IMG/VR virus record: IMGVR_UViG_3300004806_000016 | Direction: 5' to 3' (one strand) | DNA: 64,000 nucleotides | Source: a virus | Part shown: positions 42,610-50,252 of the stretch, in pieces | Layout of the letters: each line of letters opens with the position of its first letter | How positions within the stretch are numbered: the stretch's first letter is position 1 | Made by a program: the position numbers and the translations under genes | The notes under the pieces: model-generated | What the model was told of the DNA's origin: nothing | What the model saw: only the letters and a program-made list of their open reading frames with translations | Database searches by the model: none

Positions 42610-43453
42610 TGTTCCTATTGAGAAACTACGTGAGAATAAACTGTTTGTAGCAACACCTATGTATGGTGGCCAGTGTGCTGGTATGTTTGCTAAGTCCTCA
42701 GCTGACTTGTCTGCTCTTTGCACTCAGTATGGTATTCCTCTTCAGTTTTATTACCTGTTTAACGAGTCATTGATTACTCGCGCTCGTAACTATTGCGTAG
42801 ATGAGTTCATGCGTTCTCCAGCTCAGCATCTGATGTTTATTGACTCCGATATCGGATTTAATCCTCAGGACGTTCTTGCTCTGATGGCTTTGCAGGCTGA
42901 AGAGCCAGAAAAGTATAACATCATCGGTGGCCCATATCCTAAGAAGTGCATCAGCTGGGAAAAGATTAAGCTCGCAGTTGATAAGGGTATTGCTGACGAA
43001 GATCCTAATGTTCTTGAAAAGTTCGTTGGCGATTATGTCTTTAATCCTAAGAACGGCACTGGTCAGATTCCGATTAACGAACCAGTTGAAGTTCTTGAGA
43101 TTGGCACTGGCTTTATGATGATTCATAAGAGCGCACTTCAGAAGTTTGCTGATGCTTATCCACAATACAGCTATCGCCCAGACCATGTTCGTACCGAAGC
43201 GTTTGATGGTAGCCGTGAGATTCTTCAGTACTTCCAAGCTGAAATTGATCCTAAGTCGAAGCGTTATCTCTCTGAAGATTACTGGTTCTGTCAGAAGGTT
43301 CAGGAGATTGGTCTTCGCACTTGGTTCTGCCCATGGATGTCTATGCAGCACGTTGGCTCATATATCTTTGGTGGTTCTCTTGCCGACTTGGCTTCTATTG
43401 GCGCAGCTGCTACGGCTGATCCAGGAGCTATTGGTGGTAAGAAAAAGAAATAA
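42599..43453 (+). CDS. GT-A fold glycosyltransferase-like protein
   Basis: VATPMYGG, ESLITRARN, FIDSDI, GTGFM, LSEDYWFC. Confidence 0.75.
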   Translation: MEINVPIEKLRENKLFVATPMYGGQCAGMFAKSSADLSALCTQYGIPLQFYYLFNESLITRARNYCVDEFMRSPAQHLMFIDSDIGFNPQDVLALMALQAEEPEKYNIIGGPYPKKCISWEKIKLAVDKGIADEDPNVLEKFVGDYVFNPKNGTGQIPINEPVEVLEIGTGFMMIHKSALQKFADAYPQYSYRPDHVRTEAFDGSREILQYFQAEIDPKSKRYLSEDYWFCQKVQEIGLRTWFCPWMSMQHVGSYIFGGSLADLASIGAAATADPGAIGGKKKK

Positions 43454-43477
43454 CTTTAATTTTGAATGGAGTATATT

Positions 43478-44137
43478 ATGAAACTTGATCCTAAGACTAT
43501 TAACGTAATGAAAAACTTTTCTTCAATCAATCCTTCAATGATTATCAACGAAGGTAACGTATTGAAGACTATCTCGCCTGGAAAGACTGTTATGGCGAAG
43601 GCAAATGTTCCTAACAGTTTTCCTTCTCGCGCATCTATCTATAACGTCAATCGTTTCTTGAGCCTGTTGTCTACTTTTGAAGAACCAGAAATTAAATTTA
43701 ATGATAATGGTTTCCTCATCAGCGATAAGTCTGGTCAGAAAAATGCACCTTATAACTTTGCTGACGAGTCAACAATCAAGGCTCCACCAGAAAAAGAAAT
43801 CGTACTTCCTTCAACAGAAGTTACTTTTACTTTGAATACTGTGAATCTTGCTGAGATCGAAAAGGTTCTTGGTATTCTTGGTCTGCCTGATATTACAGTA
43901 GTTGGTGACGGTAAAGAAATTACCCTGCAGGCTATTAACTCTAAAGAACCAAATGGCGATTCTGTTCGTCGTACTATCGGCACTACAGATAAAGTTTTCT
44001 GTGCTGTATTCAAGGCTGAGAATATGAAGCTGATGGATGGTACGTATGAAGTATCTGTCTCTTCTAAGGGGATCTCTCATTTTAAGGGCGACAATGTAGA
44101 TTATTGGATCGCTGTTGAAAGCGGTTCTTCCTTCTGA
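43478..44137 (+). CDS. gp45: Sliding clamp gp45
   Basis: KNFSSINPS...YWIAVE; synteny. Confidence 0.92.
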   Translation: MKLDPKTINVMKNFSSINPSMIINEGNVLKTISPGKTVMAKANVPNSFPSRASIYNVNRFLSLLSTFEEPEIKFNDNGFLISDKSGQKNAPYNFADESTIKAPPEKEIVLPSTEVTFTLNTVNLAEIEKVLGILGLPDITVVGDGKEITLQAINSKEPNGDSVRRTIGTTDKVFCAVFKAENMKLMDGTYEVSVSSKGISHFKGDNVDYWIAVESGSSF

Positions 44138-44144
44138 TAGTGAA

Positions 44145-44173
44145 GGGAGGGCTAACCACCCTCCCATTTTTTT
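44145..44173 (+). terminator. Intrinsic terminator / attenuator after gp45
   Basis: GGGAGGG/CCCTCCC stem followed by a T-run. Confidence 0.7.
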
Positions 44174-44185
44174 GATATGGAGAAT

Positions 44186-45127
44186 ATGATGCGTGAAGAT
44201 TTTCTTTGGGTAGAAAAGTATCGACCAAAAACTATTGCTGATTGTATCTTGCCTGTTGATCTTAAGAATACATTTCAGCAGTTTGTCGAACAGGGTAATA
44301 TTCCTAATTTGATTCTTTCTGGTTCTGCTGGTGTCGGTAAGACAACAGTAGCCAAAGCCATGCTTGAACAGCTTGAGTGTGATTATATCGTAGTTAACGG
44401 ATCTATGAATGGTAACATTGATACGTTGAGAAATCAAATACAAAACTTTGCTTCTTCTGTATCTTTTACGGGAAAAAGAAAATATGTTATCCTTGACGAA
44501 GCCGATTATCTTAATGCTAATAGCACTCAGCCTGCTCTTCGTAACTTTATGGAAGAATTTTCCAAGAACTGTGGATTCATTCTTACTTGTAACTTTCGTA
44601 ACCGCATCATTGATCCTCTTCACTCTCGTTGCTCAGTCATAGAGTTTAAGATTGGCAAAGCTGATATGGCTAAGTTAGCCAAGCAGTTCTTTAAACGTGT
44701 TATTAACATTTTAGAAATTGAAAATGTCAAACACGAACCAGCTGTTGTTGCTGAGGTAATCAATAACCATTTCCCAGATTGGCGCCGAGTTCTTAATGAG
44801 CTTCAGCGTTATTCAGCTACTGGTGCTATTGATCAGAATATTTTAAACAGTGTCAAGGAAGTTCAGATTGATGCTCTCATTGCTCTTCTAAAGAGCAAGA
44901 ATTTTACAGATCTTCGTAAATGGGTTCATAACAATTTAGATATGGATCAGAATACATTGTTCTCTAAATTCTATGAGATCTCAGCAGATGTGATGACGAC
45001 TCAGAGCGTAGCACAGCTCGTCTTGCTGTTGGCTAAGTATCAATATCAGTCTGCATTCGTTTCGAATCCTGAGATCAATATTATGGCTTTCCTTACAGAA
45101 GTACTGATAGAATGTGAGTTTGCATGA
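44186..45127 (+). CDS. gp44: Clamp loader large subunit gp44
   Basis: WVEKYRP, GSAGVGKTT, LDEAD, SRC. Confidence 0.96.
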   Translation: MMREDFLWVEKYRPKTIADCILPVDLKNTFQQFVEQGNIPNLILSGSAGVGKTTVAKAMLEQLECDYIVVNGSMNGNIDTLRNQIQNFASSVSFTGKRKYVILDEADYLNANSTQPALRNFMEEFSKNCGFILTCNFRNRIIDPLHSRCSVIEFKIGKADMAKLAKQFFKRVINILEIENVKHEPAVVAEVINNHFPDWRRVLNELQRYSATGAIDQNILNSVKEVQIDALIALLKSKNFTDLRKWVHNNLDMDQNTLFSKFYEISADVMTTQSVAQLVLLLAKYQYQSAFVSNPEINIMAFLTEVLIECEFA

Positions 45128-45573
45128 GCGGATTTATAGATGTTACTGGTGAAGAGCGTAAGGAAGAAGTAGTACAGGTATATTCTAAACCGAAATACGA
45201 CTGGCGTTATGAGAACAGCATCAGCTTTACTAAAACTAATGAAGAGATAGGATCTATGGCCGAGCATAAATACAGTGTTTGGCGAACTAATAATTATTTC
45301 TCCAACTTTGCTGATACTGTTTTGTATGCCAATGAAATGAATATAAATTATGGCATAACTGATAAGATGCATTATGATTATCTTAAAAGCATAATCGCAA
45401 AGAAAAGAAGATTCTTTAAGCATGATAAGAAGTCAGAAAAGAAAGATACTACTATAGAACTGTTGCAGGAATATTATGGTTATAGCCATGAGAAAGCAAA
45501 AGCTGCAGCACCTTTGTTGACTGATGAACATATTGATATCATGAAGAAGAGATTATATAAGGGTACAGTATGA
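45124..45573 (+). CDS. gp62: Clamp loader small subunit gp62
   Basis: YANEMN, HYDYL, YYGYS.EKA; synteny. Confidence 0.85.
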   Translation: MSGFIDVTGEERKEEVVQVYSKPKYDWRYENSISFTKTNEEIGSMAEHKYSVWRTNNYFSNFADTVLYANEMNINYGITDKMHYDYLKSIIAKKRRFFKHDKKSEKKDTTIELLQEYYGYSHEKAKAAAPLLTDEHIDIMKKRLYKGTV

Positions 45574-46595
45574 TTAGAACAATAGACAATTTTTTACCTG
45601 AAGATATGTATGCTGAATTGGCTAAGAGATTTGAACAGCCAATGATGTATTATGGTTGGAAAGCACACAATAAAAATGATCCTCATGGCCACTGGAATCA
45701 TCAGATAGGTATTTCTACTTCTGCTGATAATCTTGCAGACATATCATCAAAATTAGATGAACAGATTAAAGAGATATGGGATTATGTATCTTCAACATAC
45801 GAAGAGCTGAAAGATAATAAGATCCTTAGATGTTATGTCAACGGTCATACTTATGGCGTAGATGGTTATTTCCATAGAGATAGTACCAGAAAAGATGAGA
45901 TAACAATAGTTTTATATCTCACAGAAGAATGGAAACTAGACTGGGCTGGTGAGACTGTATTCGCTAGAGACGGTGATATCATACATTCATCTATCCCTAA
46001 GAAAAATAGAGCAGCCATGTTTGATTCTAGTATATTACATGCCGCCAGAGGGGTTTCTCGTAATTGTCATGAATTGAGAAAAACATTTATGTTTAAGACG
46101 AGAGCTCAGAGATCACACAATTTTGAAAAGATCAGTTCTTTTGCTTTTAATAATGGTGCTACAAACCACAGACACCAGAGAGGAACTCTTCATGATCATC
46201 TCGTAAGAGTATATCAACTCTTAGAAGATAAGGGTCTTGATGAATCAATCTGTTTTGCTGGTGGCCTCCATTCAGTATTTGGTACGACAGCATTTAAAAA
46301 TAACATTCTAACATTAAACGATGAAGAAAAAGTTGTTGCTGAATTTGGTCAGAAGGCATTTGATCTTGCTGCATTATTCAGTATCATCGATAGACCCAAG
46401 ACTCTTATTTCTCCAGAGTCATTTGATGGAGAGAATGTCTACCTGAAGATGAGAGACGGAAGAACATTATTTGTTGACAGAGATACCTTTGATGCACTAA
46501 GATATATAGAATGTGCAAATCTTTTAGACCAAAACTCTCTAAAAGATGAAGGATTATTAGCATTTTGGAATCAAAATGATGAAAACAATAAATAA
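45570..46595 (+). CDS. 2OG-Fe(II) oxygenase fused to an HD-like (DUF6817-like) domain
   Basis: N-terminal FHRD, WAGET, LHAA, R; C-terminal H..GTLHDHL...AGGLHSVFGT. Confidence 0.7.
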   Translation: MIRTIDNFLPEDMYAELAKRFEQPMMYYGWKAHNKNDPHGHWNHQIGISTSADNLADISSKLDEQIKEIWDYVSSTYEELKDNKILRCYVNGHTYGVDGYFHRDSTRKDEITIVLYLTEEWKLDWAGETVFARDGDIIHSSIPKKNRAAMFDSSILHAARGVSRNCHELRKTFMFKTRAQRSHNFEKISSFAFNNGATNHRHQRGTLHDHLVRVYQLLEDKGLDESICFAGGLHSVFGTTAFKNNILTLNDEEKVVAEFGQKAFDLAALFSIIDRPKTLISPESFDGENVYLKMRDGRTLFVDRDTFDALRYIECANLLDQNSLKDEGLLAFWNQNDENNK

Positions 46596-46624
46596 GATGA
46601 ACAATAATCATCATGGGGTAAATC

Positions 46625-47020
46625 ATGTCAGTTTTAGAAACACTCTTGGAGGTGAAGATAGGTGAAGAAGAAGACTTTCTAAAGATTAAAGAAACTCTTA
46701 CACGCATCGGCGTGGCTTCCCGCAAAGACAAAAAACTATATCAATCTTGTCATATTCTTCATAAACAGGGCAAATACTTCATTGTCCACTTTAAAGAACT
46801 ATTTGCTCTCGACGGCAAACCATCAAATTTCTCAGATGAAGATAAGGGTCGTCGTAACACAATAGCAGAATTATTACAACAATGGGGTCTGATCAAGATC
46901 GTTGAGCCAGAAAGGTTCAAAGAACCAAAGACTCCTATGAATCAGATTAAGATATTACCGCACAAAGAAAAACATGAGTGGGAATTAGTAACTAAGTATA
47001 ACATAGGTCGTAAGAAATAA
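46625..47020 (+). CDS. regA: Translational repressor RegA
   Basis: DFLKIKETLTRIG, LYQSCHILHKQG.Y.IVHFKELF. Confidence 0.97.
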   Translation: MSVLETLLEVKIGEEEDFLKIKETLTRIGVASRKDKKLYQSCHILHKQGKYFIVHFKELFALDGKPSNFSDEDKGRRNTIAELLQQWGLIKIVEPERFKEPKTPMNQIKILPHKEKHEWELVTKYNIGRKK

Positions 47021-47035
47021 TGGAGATGTTTTATT

Positions 47036-47320
47036 ATGAAATTTGTGACAGTGATGGATATGTGGCTTTTGGTATTGAATGGTATCCTGCTGGGAACCAT
47101 TCTTTACTATGGTAAAAAGCTAGTAGAGCTCGTAAAGTTTACGAGCGACGATAAGTTTGACGAAAGCATCAAGAAAGCAGTCAGCTTAGAGAATCAAAGA
47201 ATCGTCAATATCATCAACAAAGAACTCAATACGTTCAAGTCAGCTCAGACTATGGGCGATCCGAGCTACGATAATCTCATAACAGAATTAGAGACTATCC
47301 TGGGGCTAGTAAAGAAATGA
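47036..47320 (+). CDS. Hypothetical protein with N-terminal TM segment
   Basis: SD GGAG; hydrophobic N-terminus. Confidence 0.55.
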   Translation: MKFVTVMDMWLLVLNGILLGTILYYGKKLVELVKFTSDDKFDESIKKAVSLENQRIVNIINKELNTFKSAQTMGDPSYDNLITELETILGLVKK

Positions 47321-47664
47321 AGTGGCCCATCAAGATAGTAAGAAAACTACCAGACACAGAGGCTGGTCGTAAATTACAGCAGATAAAAGATATACTATAT
47401 CCGCCAAGCAAGTTAGATGATGTTGGTGAGTATAAGGTTCAGATTGAGTATGGCGCTGACTATAATCTAGATGCAGCTCTTACCGATTTAGAACATGATG
47501 CTAATGATGAAGTTACTCGCGAAACAATAAAAGAAGTTACTGAAAGACTGTATAAGGTCAGAAAGATACTTGAGGCTTATGTAGAATTACATGATGGTGC
47601 TCAGTATATGATTGTTGATAATCTTCAAGAAGAGAAGGATATAGAGTATGACAAACATTCATGA
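47317..47664 (+). CDS. Hypothetical protein
   Basis: ATGA coupling. Confidence 0.55.
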   Translation: MKWPIKIVRKLPDTEAGRKLQQIKDILYPPSKLDDVGEYKVQIEYGADYNLDAALTDLEHDANDEVTRETIKEVTERLYKVRKILEAYVELHDGAQYMIVDNLQEEKDIEYDKHS

Positions 47665-47881
47665 CAACAAATACTTAGATATTCTTTTCGATGAGATCGA
47701 GAACATGATTGATTATCAAGATGATATCTGGCATGCTGAGCAACAGGGTAAACTCAGCTCAAGAGATCGCACCAAAGAGATGTATGATGCCTCAAAGAAA
47801 CGTGCACATGATGCGTTTAAGAAGGCAGTTCGCATCGAGGTCGCTAACCTATTGAGAAATAAGGTAGATATTATTGTATAA
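47648..47881 (+). CDS. Hypothetical protein
   Basis: SD AAGGA; continues the operon. Confidence 0.5.
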   Translation: MTNIHDNKYLDILFDEIENMIDYQDDIWHAEQQGKLSSRDRTKEMYDASKKRAHDAFKKAVRIEVANLLRNKVDIIV

Positions 47882-47887
47882 TTTCGC

Positions 47888-47916
47888 TTGCTATTTTTTC
47901 CGTAATACCCTATAAT
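47888..47916 (+). promoter_or_regulatory. Sigma70-type promoter
   Basis: TTGCTA-N17-TATAAT. Confidence 0.55.
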
Positions 47917-47946
47917 GTGAATATAGGTTGATTGAGGAGAAAAGAA

Positions 47947-48123
47947 ATGAACGAAGTTTTTATTCAAGCTCAAGATAAGTCTGGTATGTGGAGAACTTAT
48001 CAGACTACTCAAAACCAGTCTCAGTTGATTCTGGTTCGTATGCAAGAGATCAAGAATCGTTATCCTGATTTTCGCGTACGTGCTGTAGATAAAGATGGCC
48101 GTGTCGTTGATATTCTCGGTTAA
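47947..48123 (+). CDS. Small hypothetical protein
   Basis: SD GAGGAG, 58 aa. Confidence 0.6.
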   Translation: MNEVFIQAQDKSGMWRTYQTTQNQSQLILVRMQEIKNRYPDFRVRAVDKDGRVVDILG

Positions 48124-48158
48124 CTTATATAAATAGATTTAACATGAAAGGTTATTAT

Positions 48159-48353
48159 ATGACAAAGACTGCAAAAGTATTGAATGCATTCCTCTCGGGT
48201 AAAGAAATGACCGCGAAGCAAATCGCCGCACGTTATAACGTAGGCAATCCAGGTCGTGTAGTCCATTATCTCCGCGAGCAAGGGTATAGTATTAATCTTA
48301 ATACTCATGTAGATACCAAGGGTCGTGTAACAAATAAGTATAGCCTCGCATAA
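48159..48353 (+). CDS. Small winged-HTH DNA-binding protein
   Basis: MTAKQIAARYNV..P..VVH.LREQGY.I; TATAAATA at 48128-48135. Confidence 0.65.
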   Translation: MTKTAKVLNAFLSGKEMTAKQIAARYNVGNPGRVVHYLREQGYSINLNTHVDTKGRVTNKYSLA

Positions 48354-48378
48354 TCGATAGGAAAAAACCTAGAGATTT

Positions 48379-48410
48379 AAGCGGGGACCGAAAAATCCCC
48401 GCTTTTTTTT
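48379..48410 (+). terminator. Intrinsic terminator
   Basis: AAGCGGGGA/TCCCCGCTT stem followed by a T-run. Confidence 0.85.
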
Positions 48411-48414
48411 ATGC

Positions 48415-48443
48415 TTGACTTTTTACTGCTACTAAGTTATAAT
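48415..48443 (+). promoter_or_regulatory. Sigma70 promoter for the ncRNA/tRNA island
   Basis: TTGACT-N17-TATAAT directly after a terminator. Confidence 0.8.
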
Positions 48444-48497
48444 GTGTATAATGTGAAATTCGCTCTTTGACATCGTAAGAAAAAAGAAGATAACTTT

Positions 48498-48660
48498 GGT
48501 TATCTCTTTATAGATACACCGTTGATCTGGGACACGGTATGCGTGAGATTTTGTTTCACGTCGTGCAGTAAACTAAGATGCCTTTTGGGGACCTGGAGGG
48601 TCTCCGTATAAAGGCTACGTAGGTGAGAATCCTACACGGTGTATCTTGATAGAGATAATT
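48498..48660 (+). ncRNA. Unclassified structured RNA A (long closing stem, three hairpins, T-arm-like)
   Basis: TTATCTCT..AGATACACCGT pairs with ACGGTGTATCT..AGAGATAA; GTAGG-TGAGAAT-CCTAC arm. Confidence 0.65.
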
Positions 48661-48800
48661 GTTTCTTCACGGGTGCATCAGAGCCCGAAGCGTCTGCAGA
48701 ATAATTAACGCAGAGGTAGACTTCTCAGTCCGTATAATCAGCTGTAATCGACGGTGGTGACAGAAGTTAGACAGCTGGTGCATCCTTGAAGAAACAATTA
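48656..48800 (+). ncRNA. Unclassified structured RNA B (about 25-bp closing stem)
   Basis: TAATTGTTTCTTCA-C-GGGTGCATCAG pairs with CTGGTGCATCC-T-TGAAGAAACAATTA. Confidence 0.65.
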
Positions 48801-48801
48801 T

Positions 48802-48877
48802 TCCGTGGTAGCACAGCGGTAGTTGCATCTGACTGTTAATCAGAATGTCGTAGGTTCGATCCCTACCCACGGAGCCA
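48802..48877 (+). tRNA. tRNA-Asn(GTT)
   Basis: Cloverleaf with encoded CCA. Confidence 0.95.
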
Positions 48878-48980
48878 ATTTTATGACCTGGATACTGCGA
48901 ACTGAGCCGTGATTCAGACCAGTCGAAATGCCAGGCAGCTGGGTACTTTTAGGCGTGAAGCCCAGCAACTTTTTTGAGTT

Positions 48981-49090
48981 AGATGCGTTAGCGAGCCTTA
49001 ATGGGGTAATGGTGCCCAGCCTATACGGTGGCTCCCAGCACAGTGAGTCCAAAACACTGTGCTGGAAGGATTCGAGCGCCTTACGCATCT
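48981..49090 (+). ncRNA. tRNA-like structured RNA C
   Basis: AGATGCGT/ACGCATCT closing stem, D-loop-like TAATGGT hairpin, 11-bp arm, TTCGA-containing arm. Confidence 0.55.
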
Positions 49091-49150
49091 TGAGAGTCGC
49101 TGGATTACTATAGAGACGGTCTCCGCGGTCTGTCTCTTGTGCTTACCAGT

Positions 49151-49187
49151 AGAGGGTCGCCGCATCCCCTCTATAAACAAACGGCGA
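49151..49187 (+). ncRNA. preQ1-I riboswitch-like aptamer (H-type pseudoknot)
   Basis: AGAGGG-TCGCCGCATC-CCCTCT-ATAAACAAA-CGGCG. Confidence 0.65.
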
Positions 49188-49200
49188 GGAATTTAAGTTA

Positions 49201-49298
49201 TGTGGTGTATGGTGTAATGGTAGCACAGGAAGTCCGAGACGCCGTAAGGTGGAGTAGGCATCAAAAGGCCAAGAGCAGTTCGATTCTGCTACACTGCA
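49201..49298 (+). ncRNA. tRNA-like RNA D lacking a normal anticodon arm and CCA
   Basis: 8-bp TGTGGTGT/ACACTGCA stem, D-arm GTGT-AATGGTA-GCAC, T-arm AGCAG-TTCGATT-CTGCT. Confidence 0.65.
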
Positions 49299-49309
49299 CA
49301 ATAAGTTTA

Positions 49310-49425
49310 TCTTGATATGACCTGTGAGAGTACTCTGGTCGTATTTCGTGTAGTGTAGAGCTATGCGGGGAAACACTTCATGCTTGAGAGTCGGCATGGT
49401 AAATGGTGGGGTAAAAGTCCTAAGA
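49310..49425 (+). ncRNA. Unclassified multi-hairpin RNA E
   Basis: ATATGACC/GGTCGTAT, CGTGTAG/CTATGCG and CATGCT/GGCATG stems. Confidence 0.45.
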
Positions 49426-49442
49426 CGTTCTCGTAAGTTTTT

Positions 49443-49533
49443 AGGTGGGCTGCAGAGACGGTGGTTCTGCGACAGACTGTAAATCTGTTCCCTATGGGTA
49501 ACACTGGGGGTTCGAATCCCTCCCCACCTACCA
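49443..49533 (+). tRNA. tRNA-Tyr(GTA)
   Basis: Cloverleaf with long variable arm and CCA; atypical A1-U72 and C8. Confidence 0.9.
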
Positions 49534-49539
49534 AGTTTT

Positions 49540-49614
49540 GGATCGGTAGTTCAGCGGTAGAACGAGGGACTCTTAATCCCTGTGTCGTAGGTTCAATCCC
49601 TACCCGATTCACCA
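49540..49614 (+). tRNA. tRNA-Lys(CTT)
   Basis: Cloverleaf with CCA. Confidence 0.93.
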
Positions 49615-49710
49615 AGATGGTGTTGGTCGAGATCCCAAAATACTCGACAAGTCCTGTCCGTGATGGCGATGCGGCACCAGCTGCTACCATTAAGATGGGC
49701 ACCGAAATTC

Positions 49711-49786
49711 GGGGAATTAGCTCAGCTGGGAGAGCGTCTGATTTGCATTCAGAAGGTCAACGGTTCGATCCCGTTATTCTCCACCA
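49711..49786 (+). tRNA. tRNA-Ala(TGC)
   Basis: Cloverleaf, G3:U70, CCA. Confidence 0.96.
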
Positions 49787-49790
49787 TTTT

Positions 49791-49866
49791 GCCCGTATAG
49801 CTCATCAGGTAGAGCAGTTGATTTGTAATCATCAGGTGGTGGGTTCGAGTCCTGCTGCGGGCACCA
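49791..49866 (+). tRNA. tRNA-Thr(TGT)
   Basis: Cloverleaf with CCA. Confidence 0.94.
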
Positions 49867-49871
49867 TTAAT

Positions 49872-49948
49872 GGTCTGGTAGCTCAGTTGGTTAGAGTATC
49901 GGCCTGTCACGCCGAGGGTCGCGAGTTCAAGTCTCGTCCAGATCGCCA
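49872..49948 (+). tRNA. tRNA-Asp(GTC)
   Basis: Cloverleaf with CCA. Confidence 0.95.
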
Positions 49949-49951
49949 AAC

Positions 49952-49975
49952 AAAAAAGGGAGCATTTCTGCCCCC
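49952..49975 (-). terminator. Intrinsic terminator for the antisense acidic ORF
   Basis: Minus strand reads GGGGGCA GAAA TGCTCCC TTTTTT, nearly identical to the gp23 terminator. Confidence 0.75.
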
Positions 49976-50000
49976 AAGTTGTATCTAGCTTTTTTATAGA

Positions 50001-50252
50001 TTACTGAGAATCTGATTCTTCTTCAGTTTCTTCTTCGTCTGATTCATCTTCTAGGTCTTCATTTGAGAATACGTCAGCGTATTCATTTACAAATTCGAAA
50101 TCTGCGTCTTCTGAATCTTCTTCAGAGTCGTCATCCATGTCGCGATCAGCAACAAGGTCAGCAACTTCAACAGGAATAGCAGCAACTGTTACTTCTAAAG
50201 AAGTAAGACGTTCTAGGATAGCATTGAGAATATCGTTTGTATCATCAGCCAT
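50001..50252 (-). CDS. Small highly acidic protein
   Basis: 83 aa, SD AAAGGAG, TATAAGTA upstream (50297-50304), own terminator. Confidence 0.75.
   Translation of the reverse strand: MADDTNDILNAILERLTSLEVTVAAIPVEVADLVADRDMDDDSEEDSEDADFEFVNEYADVFSNEDLEDESDEEETEEESDSQ

Noticed and set aside
42767-44623. Long minus-strand ORFs (194 aa and 270 aa)
   Set aside because: They are antisense shadows of well-supported genes.
48885-48935. Possible hammerhead ribozyme (CTGCGA...CGAAA)
   Set aside because: The core does not match CUGANGA and the three-stem arrangement is missing; kept only as part of the structured island.
49227-49240. RNase P RNA or tmRNA
   Set aside because: AGGAAGTCCG only resembles the P4 motif; there is no matching 3' strand, tag reading frame or Ala acceptor end.
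49403-49425. ykkC/guanidine-I-like 3' motif (ATGGTGGGGTAAAAGTCC)
   Set aside because: The conserved 5' UAGGGUUCCG half is absent.
49615-49710. HDV-like (theta) ribozyme or ZTP aptamer after tRNA-Lys
   Set aside because: I could not build the nested double pseudoknot, and the ZTP resemblance is only fragmentary.
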